Assembly (NCBI GenBank): GCA_000388065.2
Contig: KB932207.1
Length of the DNA: 44,429 bases
DNA from: Fonticula alba ATCC 38817
Taxonomy: Eukaryota; Protista; Nucleariida
Direction: 5' to 3' (one strand)
Shown here: positions 13,842-26,768 of the stretch, one piece after another
How positions within the stretch are numbered: the stretch's first letter is position 1
Layout: every line of letters begins with the position of its first letter
Position numbers and translations under genes: made by a program
Notes under the pieces: model-generated
The model's database searches: none
What the model was told of the DNA's origin: nothing
Seen by the model: the letters and a program-made list of their open reading frames with translations, nothing else

Positions 13842-14515
13842 GGCGACCGAAGGGGAGGGAGAGGGCGAGAGAGAGAGAGAGAGGGGGCGCGCAAGCAAGC
13901 GAGCAGGGGCTGGGGAGATCTCGCAAGTGGCAAGGAGAGGAGGGGGGGGAGGGATCAAAAGGCAAAGGAAGGAGCGACTGTCACGAAGGGTGGGGCGTGT
14001 ATGATGCGGGAGGGGAGGGAGGTCCTGGTGCTCGATCTGTCAGCCATCCCAGCAGTCGGGGCGCCGGCTTCTTGATCTCAAGGGACGGAAGGCGGTGGAG
14101 AATGAAATCTGCCCTTGCTCTCGCTCCCTCTCTCTGTCTCCCTCTCAACTCACCGTGGCCGGGTCTCCTCGGGGGGTACGCGGGAGGCAGGGCATCCCAG
14201 AGGGGGACCACGGGGGGATCTCCCCGGGCTATCCCGGCTGGCTGTCGGCGGCCGCGCCACCGGAAGGAACCATGGACGGGAGAAGATTACCCCCCCCCCC
14301 CCCCCGCCCGCCCTGTGCGGATGGGCCCACAAGGGCTTCTTTGCCACTGCGGGACCACAAGGCCCGTGCGTGGATTTTGGGCTGGGCATGGAGGCTTGAT
14401 GCAAGGTCCAAAGACCAGGGAGGGGGGAGAGCCGAAGAGTGTGTGTGTGTGTGTATGTGTGTGCTTGTGCATGCGTGTGCGCACACGCGGGGACCAGAAA
14501 GGAAAGGGTCTATTT

Positions 14516-15234
14516 TCAGAGCAGATACCAAATCGGAGAACCCGCCACGTGACCAAATGCAAACTGTACAATCACGCGGGCCGCTAACCCGAGCCCGACA
14601 CACCCGACTGCTGCCCAATAGCCCGTCCGGTAAACCACTGTGTGAATGAGTGTGCGTGTGTGTGCGTGTGTGCATGTGTGTACCATTTTGCGTTCATGCA
14701 CCATGTTGCCAACAGGGAGCATGCGACCAGCATAGAATGCGCAGTGTGCACATGGGGAAGGCCCGAAAAGAAGAAGAGAGGGAGAGAGAAAGGGAGAAAG
14801 AAAAAGGCAAGGCAAGAGGGAGAATGTGGACATGTAAGTATGATTGTGGACAAGATTCCCTCACACCCTCACGGACACACACGCCAGGACCCGAGAGGCA
14901 GCGCACCCGAGAGCGAGAGACCAACACAACTGACCGCATAAACGTATGCCAGCCAGCTGGTCGAGGCAAGGTCCGCCTCGTTGAACCAAATGCGCATCAG
15001 TATCAGCGGGACCATCCGTGCGAAGCTGGCAATACATAGGGTTTGCACAAGGTGTGTCGAGCTGCGCGGAAGGGGGCGCGCATATGGGAGGGTCAGGATG
15101 AGGCCCCAAGCAACGAGGTAAGGAGGAAGGAAAATGACCAGCTGTGGGGCGCACCTGACGTCTGTCCGGGCGCCTGGCAGCCGAGGAAGCGCAAGACGCA
15201 GGGCGTGAAAAAAGACACCGAGTTCTGTGCCAGA

Positions 15235-15268
<34 letters not shown>

Positions 15269-15877
15269 CGCGCGCGGTCAGAATTGGCGGAGGCAGGCCA
15301 TGAGTGGGGAGCACCGTGCGCGACCGCACCGAAGAAATACTGCACCACCAAAAGGAGCACCGTCGGAGCAGGCAGGGCCAGGATGGATGTGTATGCGTGG
15401 AAGGCGGCCAGCTGGGCCGATGGCTCCAGCACCAAGGGCGAGAGGGCGCTTGGCGGGAGTATCGACAGCCACCGGCTGAGAAGATCAATGACAATGGTCA
15501 GTATGCCGAGAGAACGAGCGTCTCGCTGTTGGAAGGGGGATCAGAGGATCATGGGTGGCCGGTGAGTTAGCTCCTTGGTGAGAAAAGAAAAAGCACACGC
15601 AAGACGCGCGCACATGACAAGCGGGTCCCAGGCCTATGCGATTGAAGTGAATGTGCCGGTGCGCCTGAGGCCGATGAAGAATGAAGTCGATGGCCGCCAG
15701 GGCAAACGGGCGTTCATAGTACGGGTCCCCGGGCTGGTTGCATTTCGACTGCATACCAGCAACCGCGAAGGATGCCGTCAGATGGTGCGGACATGTCAGT
15801 GTCGGCATGCACTGCGTCACACAGCGTGCTGTGTGTGCGTGCGCGTGTGGGCACATGGGGGCGCCTGTGTGCGGGAG

Positions 15878-15912
<35 letters not shown>

Positions 15913-16011
15913 TCAGCGCACGCAGACGATCTGCCGGATCTGCACAGGCCCGGCGCCGTGCTCGCGAAAGAGGTACTCCATGCGAGCCCCGCAGGTGACG
16001 CAGCAGGGCAT
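14516..16011 (-). CDS. ARV1: ARV1-family ER membrane protein (sterol/GPI homeostasis)
   Basis: Spliced N-terminus MPCCVTCGARMEYLFREHGAGPVQIRQIVC|SKCNQPGDPYYERPFALAAIDFILHRPQAHRHIHFN matches the Arv1 homology domain (CxxC...CxxC, D.Y.E, ID.IL..P.A.RH..FN). Later hydrophobic exons include IASFARMVPLILMRIW and a last exon 14637-14516 (LVYRTGYWAAVGCVGLGLAARVIVQFAF). Internal exon boundaries near 15100-15260 are uncertain. Confidence 0.82.
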
Positions 16012-16444
16012 CGTGGCGACGGGAGCAGCAAGAACAGCAGCAGATGCAGCAGCGATGGCGGCGACCGCGACGGCGACAGGGTCGGCGGTGGAGGTGTCAG
16101 ATGCAGCAGCAGCAGCAGCGACGACGACGGCGGCGGCGGCAGAAAAGCGCTGGAGGCAGCGAGGAACGATGGAGGAGCAGGGTGAGGGATACATTGCCGA
16201 CCCCGCCAGATGCCTGCCATCCCACCCGGCCACGGCCTCTTGGGTGGGGGGGGGGGAGGCGGAGCGGGGGGCCGATCGTCGAGCCAAAGCGTCGGGGGTG
16301 CTCGGGGTATCGCGTGACCTATAGATCACGCCACCGCGTTCATGGCAGCCGCTTCCCGCGTGGATCTGCGCCAGATTCCCCGCGCGTCCCGGGCCCGAAG
16401 CTCGAACGGCTGCGGCTGCCAGCGCCCCAGGGTTCCCCGAGCCC

Positions 16445-16446
<2 letters not shown>

Positions 16447-16486
<40 letters not shown>
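16447..16486. repeat. (CCTG)10 microsatellite in the ARV1/NOP2 divergent intergenic region
   Basis: Perfect tetranucleotide run. Confidence 0.95.
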
Positions 16487-16487
<1 letters not shown>

Positions 16488-17023
16488 GGAGGCCCAGCGC
16501 GCGGGCAGCCAAGGCAGGACCCGCCCCCCGCGCGCCGCCGCCCCCCGCCCCTCGCAAGAACCGCACGCATGGGGCGTTCGCCGCTCCGTGCGAGGCAGAC
16601 TCCCAGGCCGTCCGTCGCGGCCGGCCGACTATGGCCAGATGGCGTGTACCCGCCGGGGCTTTTTTCGGGCCCCGCGTCGAAATTGCGCCGCCCAATCTGC
16701 CGACACATACACGCACCCACCTTTTCCCTCTTCCTCCCCCTCCCCCCATTTCCACCTCGCGTGCCTCCTCCTCCTCCCCCCCCTCTCCTTCTCTTCCTCC
16801 CCCTTCCCCATTTCCCTCGTATCCCTTCCTCCCTGGAAGCGTCTGGGCCACAAGTCGCCGCTTTTTCTTAGTCGTGCGTTGCGCATGTCCCCCGGTCGCA
16901 CCACCTATGTTTGCATACAACACACACGCACGCACACACACACACACACACAGACACGCCTTATACTCGCACGCACTTCATCTCCGGCAGCATGCCCTCC
17001 ACTTACCCCAAGCACCACAGGTC

Positions 17024-17509
17024 ATGGCCAAGCACGACAACACCGTCTCCTTCGAGGAGCCCGTCGAGGACACCCGCCGTAAGCGCGGCAACAAGCCGGC
17101 CAAGAAGAAGCAGGCCGCCCCGGAGATCTTCGGCCCCTTGGCCGTCGAGATGAAGAAGGGCGCCGACAACAAGAAGCCCGGCACCCGCGCTCGCAAGCTC
17201 CTTCGCCGCATGGCCCACCAGTCTGCCGCCGCCCCGGAGGCGGGCGAGGCTTCGGAGGCGGCCCCGAAGAAGTCTGCCAAGGGCGTACGTCACGGCCCCC
17301 CCCCCCCCCCCTCCCCCCATCTGCCCTTCCACCTCCCTTGCTTGGTTCTGACCTCTCACCTGGCCTTCCGCCGGTCTGTCTCTCTCTCTCTCTCCCTTAG
17401 AAGAAGGCCAAGGCGCCCGAGTCTGACTCTGATTCCGAGCCGACCCTGGCCTCGGATAGCGATGACGATGTATGTTTCTTCACATTTCCTTCTCTCTCCC
17501 TCTCCCCCT

Positions 17510-17541
<32 letters not shown>

Positions 17542-17934
17542 CGCCGGTCACATGCATGCTCACCCTTTCCCCTTGACCCTGCACCAGCTTCTCCCCTCGG
17601 AGGCCGACAGCGACGAGGAGCTCTCCTATGAGGAGCCCTCCGATGATGACTCCGACAACGAGTCGGATGACGACGACATTCAGTCCCTTCGTTCCAAGGC
17701 CCCGATGAAGTCTCTCTTTGGGGGGGCCGCTGGCGGCTCCGACGACGAGGAGATGGATGGCTCCGATGGGTCCGATGTGGAGGCCGACTTCGGCGACCAT
17801 GACGACTCGGACGACCACATGTCCGGCGATGAGAGCGAGCTCTACTCTGAGGAGGACGAGGATGAGGAGACCCAGCGCGAGCGCGGCGAGATGGAGACCC
17901 TTTCCCTCAATCTCAGTGCGTCCTCCTTCCCCCT

Positions 17935-17966
<32 letters not shown>

Positions 17967-18901
17967 CTTCCCTTGTGGCCCGCCGCCGCCCTTCGCCGCT
18001 CACCCACCTTCTCCCTCTTGCCCCCCCTCCCCCCTCCACCTTCGCGCGTAGACGAGAACATCACCGACCTGGCCTCGGTCAAGCAGCGCATCAGTGACAT
18101 CGTCCGCATTCTGGGTAACTTCTCCAAGCTGCGTGATCCGGCCCTCTCGCGCTCGGACTACGTTGAGCAGATGGTCGAGGACTGCTGCACCTACTATGGC
18201 TACTCGGACTTCATGATGCGCCTCATCCTGGACCTGTTCCCTCCTGCCGAGGTGCGCCTCTTTGTCAGCCTCTCTCCCCCCCCCCTCCCTCCCCTCCCCC
18301 CTCNNNNNNNNNNGGGGGGGGGGGATCCCCGTGTCAGAAAGGGAGCGAGGGGGAAGCACAGGGAAGGGCGGCAAAGTGACGACGCACTCAGTGCAGGCAT
18401 GGCACCGAAGGACCCAGGTGCGAGCCTGGCGGATGGTGGTTCCCTCCGGGGTGATGACACGGGTGCCCATCTGGATGAGGACGTTTTGCATGGCATAATC
18501 CGCGGTCACGGTGCAGGTCTTGGTCCGGGGCAGGAGCTGGAGCGAGAGGAGAGGGCGAGGAAAAGGAAGAAGGCGGAATTTGCCGAGGGGCGGGGCGACC
18601 AGGTCAGAAAGCGGGGAGACCGGGAAGGCAACACCAGGGGGGGGGGGGGGGGGGGGGGGGGGGGCTCCCGTACGCGGATGCTGGTGTCCACAACGATGCC
18701 ATCCTCGGCGTTGGCCGCATCGATGGCCGAGTGGGCGGTGGCCGAATTGAAGATCGAGGTATCGGTCGACAGGGCGTTGCTAAAGCCGGTGCCCGGGCCG
18801 ACCCAGCCCTCCTCATCGTCGGAGTCGCTGTCGGAGAAGTTGCCCTCATGGTCGTCCGCGTCATCGGACGACTGTGTCTCAGCAGTCGGAGTGGTGGTGG
18901 T

Positions 18902-18934
<33 letters not shown>

Positions 18935-20263
18935 AGNNNNNNNNNNCCCCTCCTCCTGTCCCCTTTCAATGCTCTTCAGGCCATCGAGTTCCTCGAAGCC
19001 AACGAGCTCCCCCGGCCGGTGGTCATCCGTACCAACACTTTGAAGACCCGCCGTCGTGATCTGGCCCAGACCCTCATCAACCGCGGTGTCAACCTCGACC
19101 CGCTGGGCGCCTGGAGCAAGGTCGGCCTGCAGGTGTTCGAGTCTCAGGTGCCGATTGGTGCGACCCCCGAGTACCTGGCTGGCCATTACATGCTCCAGAG
19201 CGCGGCCTCCTTCATGCCGGTGCTGGCCCTGGCCCCGCGCGAGCATGAGCGTGTGCTGGACATGGCCGCTGCTCCCGGTGGCAAGACCACCTACATTGCG
19301 CAGCTCATGAAGAACACCGGTTTCATTGTGGCCAATGACGCCAGCAAGGACCGCTGCCGGGCCGTCGTTGGTAACGTCCACCGCCTGGGCATCCGGAACA
19401 TCAGCACCGTCAACTATGATGGCCGGGCCTTCCCCAAGGTGATGGGTGGCTTCGATCGTGTGCTGCTGGATGCCCCGTGCTCCGGTACCGGTGTCATTTC
19501 CAAGGATCCCTCGGTCAAGACCAACAAGTCCATTGATGACCTGCGCCTCCTGTCGCACATGCAGAAGGAGCTCATCCTGGCGGCCATCGACTCGGTGGAT
19601 GCCAGCAGCAAGACCGGCGGTGTCATTGTCTACTCCACTTGTTCCGTGTCCGTGGAGGAGAATGAGGCGGTCATTGACTATGCCCTGCGCAAGCGGCCGA
19701 ATGTCCGTCTGGTGGAGACCGGCCTGCCCTTCGGCCAGGAGGGCTTTGTCCGCCATCGCGAGCGCCGGTTCCACCCGTCGCTGAAGATGACCCGGCGGTA
19801 CTACCCGCACGTGCACAACATGGATGGCTTCTACGTGGCCAAGCTGGTCAAGACGTCCAATGTCTTTGCCGAGCCGGGCAAGTCGGTCGCGGCCGACAAG
19901 AAGAAGAAGAGCCGTGCTTCGGGGGTCCTTCCGGCCGTCGGCGCCGAGTCTGCCGATGCCGAGGCCGTCAGCGCCCAGCTGCTGGCTGCCTCGTCTGGTG
20001 ATGATGCGGACCAGTTCGTCCCGCTGACCGCCCCGGAGAAGGTCGTGTTCTCGGCCAAGAAGGCGGCCGCCGAGCGCCGTCTGCAGCTCAAGCGCGAGGC
20101 GCTGAAGCGCCGCCGCGAGGAGCGCATCCAGGCCGAGAAGCAGCAGAGCGCCGCGGCCGAGACGTCGGAGGCGGACGCCACCAGCAAGCCCAAGAAGAAG
20201 CCGGTTGCCGACAAGCCCGCCGCCGAGCCGGCCAAGAAGAAGGCCCGCAAGCAGGCCGATTAA
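17024..20263 (+). CDS. NOP2: NOP2/NSUN1 large-subunit rRNA m5C methyltransferase
   Basis: Lys-rich and acidic N-terminus, [114 protein letters not shown]. Introns start GTACGT, GTATGT, GTGCGT and GTGCGC. The start codon is assumed to be ATG 17024. Confidence 0.95.
18314..18936. other. Displaced copy of NOB1 sequence inside a NOP2 intron, bounded by two 10-N gaps (assembly artefact)
   Basis: It matches ~12185-12279 and 12401-12677 in the same orientation and spans the intervening gap. Ns lie at 18304-18313 and 18937-18946. Confidence 0.9.
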
Positions 20264-21053
20264 AAAGGGGCCCGCCTCCCCCTCCTCCTTCCGGCGCGCC
20301 ATAGGCCGGGCTGCAACAGCGGAGGGAGCGGGGCCGAGGGGGGGGGGGGGGGGGCGAGGGGGCGAAGGAAACCCGACTGGAGGAGGATGTGATCGCACGG
20401 CAGGGTCACATGCCAATCTCCTCCCTGGCTTTCCCCTCTCCTTCCTCTCTCCTGCTGTGGTCGCTCGCTCTTTCGAGCTCCCGATCCTCCCACCCCCCCC
20501 CACCCCCACCCCCTGCAGAACTCCCGTCACGCATGCATCATCCTGTACTTATATTCCCCCCCCGGTCGCGGGCCCACCCTGCGTGTCTGCTCCTCCATCC
20601 CCTCCACTCGCGCGGTCCTTGTGTGGCGTGCCGCCCAACAATAGAGAACAACAAACACCCCGACACCGCTTGAATGTGCACAACATGTCCCCGCAGATGC
20701 CCATGAACACAGTCAGAGGCGAGAGAAGGAGGCAACAGGGAAAAGACACAGCTGAAGGTGATATGCAGTTGCCCCCTCCCTGCTGACGCACGGGTGGCAC
20801 AGGCGTATATTGTTGTTGTTTTTTGATGGCAGTCTCACCAGGGGAGGGAGGGGGAGACCCCCTTGTTTGCCCGCTAGCATGTCTGTCTGAAAGGGAGGGA
20901 GGAGTATCTCGGCTTCGGTGGGGATTTCTGTAGGAGGGAGGGGAGAAGAAGGAGAGAGAGAGAGGGAGGGAGGGAGGGAGGGAGGGAGGGAGAGGGAGAT
21001 ACACTGGTACACCTGCAGGGCTTGAGGAGAAAACGGGACAGAGACTCAGCAGG

Positions 21054-24000
21054 TCAGCGCGTAAGGTACCGGCCCGAGCCGGACGGACCACCAAGGAGCA
21101 TGTTCATCCCCGGGAGGAATTCGTTCTTCTGCATGGCCACCAGGGTGGCATCGTCCAGCAAGGCCTTGATCTGCCGGACGGCCTGGTTGACCGAGGCCTC
21201 GTCGTGTCCCTCCACCAGGAGATGGAGCTTGGGCTCCTTGGCCATGGCGGCCGGAACCGGGCGCGAAGGATCCATGAAAGTACCACGAGTGGTAATGGCA
21301 CACCCGGTCTCCTCGTTGATCTCGCGCAGGTTCTCCTTCTTGGTGGCTCGCCACCGGGCGCGCTGGGGATAGTCGTTGATCTCGATGATTTGATGGAAGG
21401 GGGCCAGGCCGATGGTGCCGGGCTCCTTGCGCTGGAGCAGCTCCGCCGATGACCGGACACCACCGGTGCTGAGGCTGACCGGGCCGGCAGGCGATGGGGC
21501 TGCTGTCTCGACCGGCGGCGCGGCTGCCGTGAGACCGGCCTTCCGGAGGATTTCTTCGGCATTGGCACGGCGCGCCTCCAGTTCCTTGGTGCTGGGCTTC
21601 CGCCGAGTGGCCTTGTCAGTGTCGAAGCCGAGGGCGGAGTCCGGGCCGCCGAGGGCCACGGCGTCACGCTCGAGCTCTTCATCGTCGCCCTCCCCGTGAG
21701 CCTGGGGGACGGAAGAAGGGGGCGAGTGAGAACGAGGGAAGAAGAGAGGAGAAGAGAGGAGGATGGCAATGTGTGTGTGGGGGGGGGGGAGGGGGGGAGG
21801 AGAGGGTGTTAGTCCAAAGGAAAGGAGGGGCGCTGGCTACACACTGAGGATGGAAGGGAAAGGCGCGCGAGGGATAGGGGCTGGCGAGAAGCGCGGGCGC
21901 ACCTTGCGCTGCGTCCGGTGATACTCGATGCGCTTGACCTCGATGCGCTCGAGACCCTTGCCGCTGAAGCCGCTGCCCTGGATCTGGGCAAAGCCCTGTC
22001 GACGCTTGTCCATGAAGGAGTCATACAGCTCCTGCAGAGGCTCTGGCACTTCCAGACCACTGCGCTTCAGCGCTTGCACCAGGTCATTGGCGAAGCGGTC
22101 CTGCTCTGGCGTGATGAAGGTGAAGGCGTCTCCCTCGGTTCCAGCGCGTCCTGTGCGGCCACACCGGTGCACATAGTCCTCATAATGGTTTGGACAGTCG
22201 TAGTTGATGACCAAGGTCAGATTGCGCACGTCCAGGCCGCGAGCCGCCAGCGACGTCGATACCAGCAGCGGCACTCGGCCGGCCTTGAATTCTGAGAGGG
22301 TATCGTCTCGGTCGGACTGGTCCTTGCCGCCGTGCAGCGACAGACACGAATACCGGTGCGACTGGAGAGTGGCAAACAGTCGATCGACGCTTTGCTGGCG
22401 CTCGACGAAGATGATGCCGCGGTTGGTCCCATCATGACTGGGAGAAGGTGGGCGAGGGAGAGCGAGGGAGAGCGAGGGAGAGCGAGGGAGAGAGCGAGGG
22501 AGAGAGCGAGGGAGAGAGGAGTCAGCGCGAAATGCCGATAGAAGAATAGCAAGCAATGGGAGATGCAAAAAAAGAAAAAAGAAAGGAAAGCCCCACACGT
22601 ACTACTTGCCGAGGATCTCCAGGAGCTTGAGGAACTTTTCGTCCTCCGGAACCACCTCGATGTGCTGCCGCACGCTCGGCGGAACCACCGCCCGGCCGCC
22701 AACCACAATGCGCACAGGGTCATTGAGAATGCGCACGGCCAATGCCTCCATCGTCCGAGGGAAGGTGGCGGAAAAGACGACCGTCTGTCGGTCGGGCCGG
22801 GTATTGCGCACGACACGCATGACTTGCGGCTCGAAGCCGCCGTCAAATAGCCGATCCGCCTCATCCAGCACCAGATACGTCACTCGACGAAGGTTGGTCA
22901 CTCGGCCATTGTTGGCGCAGAGCAGCTCGATCAGGCGACCCGGGGTGGCAATCAAGATGGATGCCCCGCGCTTCAAGTCGGCGATCTGCTCGCTCACCGA
23001 CACACCACCGTATGCACAGACCGGCTGGAAGGTGGGTTTTTTTTTTCCAAGGCGAGGCAAGAGGAGGGAACAGGGTGTTTTCCCCCATCATCAAGGGGAG
23101 AGTTTGAAGGTCGCAAAGTAAGTGTGCGTGTCGGCGTGTCTGCGAGGGACAGAGCAGACTGACAAACAGATGGGGAAGACACATGCGGAACTTGGCAGGA
23201 GGCAGAAGAGGAAGAGGGGAAGTCGCACCCGAATGCCCAGGACCTTGCAGAATCGCCGGCACACCTGGTAAATCTGCACAGCCAACTCACGCGTGGGGAT
23301 GATGACCAGCCCAATCGGGCCATCATCACCGGACAGTGGCGGCTGATCCATGATGTGACGGAACATCGGCAGCAGGTAGGCCAGCGTCTTACCGGAGCCG
23401 GTCTTGGCAATGGCAATCGCGTCGCGCCCGGACATGGCCGCTGGAATGGCCTGTGCCTGGATCGGCGTCGGTGCCTCGAAACCGAGCCCCTTGATGACCT
23501 CCATACTGTGCGTGCGTGCGTGCGTACGTGCGTGCGTACCCCAAAGAGCAAAGGAAGAAAGTCAGCACTTGGCCTTCGTGTGTCGCATGCGCGCCAAGGG
23601 GGAACAATGCCCCGGAAACGCACATGGAGATGTCCAGGCCACAGTGAATCCACTTGGTCACCGGACGCGGGACATTCCGCCCATGGACCTTAATGCCACC
23701 CATGTCGGCCATCAGCTCGTCCACTTCGTGCTTGGACATCTGGGTCAGCTCCTGGGGCTCCATGTAGAAGGACCGGCGGAAGGGGGCATACTCAATGCTG
23801 TCATGATCGACCGGCATCAAGATGCGCCGGCGAGCATCGCGCTGGATCTTGGCCATAATGTCGTCCTCCTCTTCCTCCTTCTCGCTGTCGGGGTCCGAGT
23901 CATCATCGAACAGGGAAACATCGCGCACGACAGCATCCCCAGCGCCGAGGTCCACCCCGGTGCCGAAAGACTGCGTGGAGCTGGAGGGCTCCGCACCACC

Positions 24001-24212
24001 GGAACCACTGGCGCTGGTCGTGGGCTGGGACGTGCGCCGGTCAGCTTCGCTCTCCTGCTGGAGATTCATCATGAAGGCTACGGAGGGATGTGGGATCCCG
24101 TGCCGGAGTGGGGGAGAGCGGGGCAAGGAGACAGATGTCAGGAAATCGCCAAGAAGGAGGGAAATGGGGAGGGAGAGAGAGAGAGGGAGAGAGAGAGAGA
24201 GAGAGAGAAAGG

Positions 24213-24246
<34 letters not shown>

Positions 24247-24531
24247 GAGAGAGAGGGAGAGNNNNNNNNNNAAGAAGAAGGCCCGCAAGCAGGCCGATTA
24301 AAAAGGGGCCCGCCTCCCCCTCCTCCTTCCGGCGCGCCATAGGCCGGGCTGCAACAGCGGAGGGAGACGGGCCGAAGGGGGGGGGGGGGGGGGGGGGGGG
24401 GGGAAGGAAACCCACCGGGGGGGGGGGGGATCGCACGGGGGGGGCCCAATCCAATCCCCCCCCCTGCTTTCCCCCTCCCTTCCCCCTCCCTTCCTCGGTC
24501 CCCCGCCTTTTCCACCCCCCCCTCCCCCCCC

Positions 24532-24565
<34 letters not shown>

Positions 24566-26428
24566 ACCCCCCCGTGTCTGGAGGGCCGGCGCGGGGGGGG
24601 GCGGCCTGCGCGGGAGAGCGGGCCCGGGGGCCCCCCGGGCGGCCCGCGGCGGGGCCCCCCCAACCCGGGGCCCCGGGGGGAAGGGGGCGCCAAGGCGGGT
24701 ACGGCCGGTTCCCGGGGCCCGGGGGCCCGTGGGGGGGGCCCGGAGGGGGGAAGGAGGGGGGGGGGGGGGGGGGGGCGGGGACATCGATGAGGAGACACGC
24801 ACCGTCCAGCGGGTCAATGTCATCGTCAACATCGGTAACGGTGACCGTCGCCGAGCTGGATGCACCAGAGGGGGCACCGCCAGTGGCGGCAGCCGTGGAG
24901 GCGCCGCCACTGGCGGTGGCGGTGGAAGGAGGGGGGTCGACCACCGAGTCAGCTGCCAGTGCGGGATCGGCCGCGAGAGTGGCCGATGGGGGATTGGATG
25001 GGCTTGTCGAGGAGGAGAAGATTGATCCCGTAGACGGGGCAGCGCGCCCGGCAATGGAGCGGCCCTCGCCCTCGGGGGCCACAGGTGCATGGTCAGCCGC
25101 CCGAGTGGAACCCTCTTGGCCCTCGCCATCAAGCTCCATGGCAGCCTCAGAGGCAGCAGAACCATCAGCCATATCATCATCCTCATCGTCGCTCCAGAGG
25201 ACCGAGCGCCGAGTGGCGGCCGAAGGGGCCGAGGTCGACTCGGTGGTCGGTGTCGCGGCCGACACGGCAGTCACAGGCTGCTCCGGGCCGGAAAGGCTGA
25301 AGTCCGACAGCTGCATCAGGAGTTCCGGGCGCGAGGCGATCGGCTGCCGGGGGGGCTGCACAGTGATGGGGGTGACCAGGGGAACGGCGGCGGCGGCAGC
25401 CACGGCGGCGGCCGAGGCGGCGGCCATCGCCGCGGCGATAGCCGTGCCATCCGGAGATTCGGGATTGGTAGACAGGTGCGGCGGCACCGGGGCCGAGGCC
25501 GGCGGGGCCGTCGCCGAAGCCATGGCCTGGGAGGCCTTCCAGGCGGCGATGCGCTCTCGCCGACGGCGGCGCTCCTCCTCGGCAGGCTGGAACGCAGGCA
25601 GGACCATGGATCGAAAACCGCCAAGGGAGCAAACAGGAGGGAGGGAGGGGGGGGGGATGGAATACCAACCAAGGGCGTCAGACAGACAGAGCATGCAAGG
25701 CGCACAGCCAAGCGAGAAGAGGGCCTGCGGAGGGGAAGGTCGATGACGCACGTCGACAGTGGGCACGGTCGAAAGGGGAGCGGCCGCAGGGAGGGGAATC
25801 ATTGGAACAGCCGAGGCAGTGGGCTGAACATGGGCAGGCGAAGTGGCCGCGCCCACTGGTGCCGCCGCCGGGGCAGTAGGCGAGACCGGCAGCTCGGGGG
25901 ACATGGGGCGAGGATGGTCGCGCCCGGAGGCCTCACGCGAACGGTCCCGCGAGCCGGACCGGTAGCTGGCCGACGAGGAGGATCGGCGGTCGCGATCGCG
26001 CTCGCGCTCACGGTCCCAGTCGCGATCGCGGTCACGATCGCGCGAGTCCCGGCGGTCTCGGTGGCCTCGGCTGTCCCGATGGTCGCGGTATTCGCGCGAG
26101 TCACGGCGGTCGCGATGGTCGCGGTGGTCGCCGCGATCGCGATCGCGATCACGCCCGCGGTCTTGCTGCGACGAGGACCGGTAGTCATCACGCTCGCCGT
26201 GGCGCCCCCGATGGCGAGACTCGCGTGAGCGCGAGCGCGATCGCGAGCGGCTGCAAGGAGGCAAAGGGAACGCGTGGGAGGGGGGGGAGGGGGGGGGGGG
26301 GGGGGGGGGGGGGGGATGGTCAGAGCAGGGCAGGCGAGGTGCGGGTGATCGGGGCCCAAACCGGCGGACATGCACAGAGCGTCGAGAAGGACGCACGTGG
26401 ACCTGTGTCGAGACGAGCGAGAAGACAT
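21054..26428 (-). CDS. DDX46: DEAD-box RNA helicase DDX46/Prp5 (pre-spliceosome assembly)
   Basis: RS/RD-rich N-terminus, [14 protein letters not shown]|[90 protein letters not shown], and a C-terminal KH-like [12 protein letters not shown]. The start ATG at 26428 (MSSRSSRH) is inferred from splice fit. Confidence 0.94.
22452..22516. repeat. GCGAGGGAGA(GA) 10-12-mer tandem repeat in a DDX46 intron
   Basis: About six visible tandem units; they form the pyrimidine tract on the sense strand. Confidence 0.85.
24172..24261. repeat. (GA)n microsatellite running into an assembly gap (DDX46 intron)
   Basis: Directly visible. Confidence 0.9.
24272..24780. other. Degraded copy of the NOP2 3' end/UTR (from ~20235) followed by low-quality G/C-rich sequence, inside a DDX46 intron (assembly artefact)
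   Basis: It starts right after the 10 Ns at 24262-24271, is identical to 20235 onward for ~95 nt, then decays into G/C runs after a poly-G tract. Confidence 0.88.
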
Positions 26429-26730
26429 CGAAAGTCCGAAGGGTGGGTGTGTCAGGGGAGAAGTTTGTCCTCTCGGAAGAGGAGCACGAGCCGAGGTCGG
26501 GCGAAGGGGGGGGGGGGGGTAGAGAAAGAGTGACGAAGAGAGAGAAAAGGGAAAGCAGAGAGAGGAGGGGGGGGGGGGGAGGGGGGGACCGGGAGGAATA
26601 TTGACGAAGGCCATGCATCCGGCAATAACGAAGGGGCAAACTGAAAAAGGTCGAATCAGCCGCCCTCCCGGTCGCTCCTTTCCTCGTCGGTTGTGTGAAA
26701 GCAGGGCAGTAGCTTGCTGGTCCCTGGAAG

Positions 26731-26768
<38 letters not shown>

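Noticed and set aside
17718-20263. Apparent NOB1-NOP2 fusion or nested NOB1 paralogue
   Set aside because: The insert is bounded by N-gaps, is identical to the NOB1 locus and spans its gap, so it is best explained as mis-scaffolding.
18506-20530. Long antisense/shadow ORFs (18506-20530, 42248-43942, 5966-7141, 1665-2948, 9230-10624, 28766-29878)
   Set aside because: They lie opposite real genes with GC-rich codon usage, which suppresses stops on the other strand, and they contain no recognisable motifs.
24298-25025. Gly/Pro/Arg-rich ORFs downstream of the gap at 24262
   Set aside because: They derive from low-quality degraded sequence.
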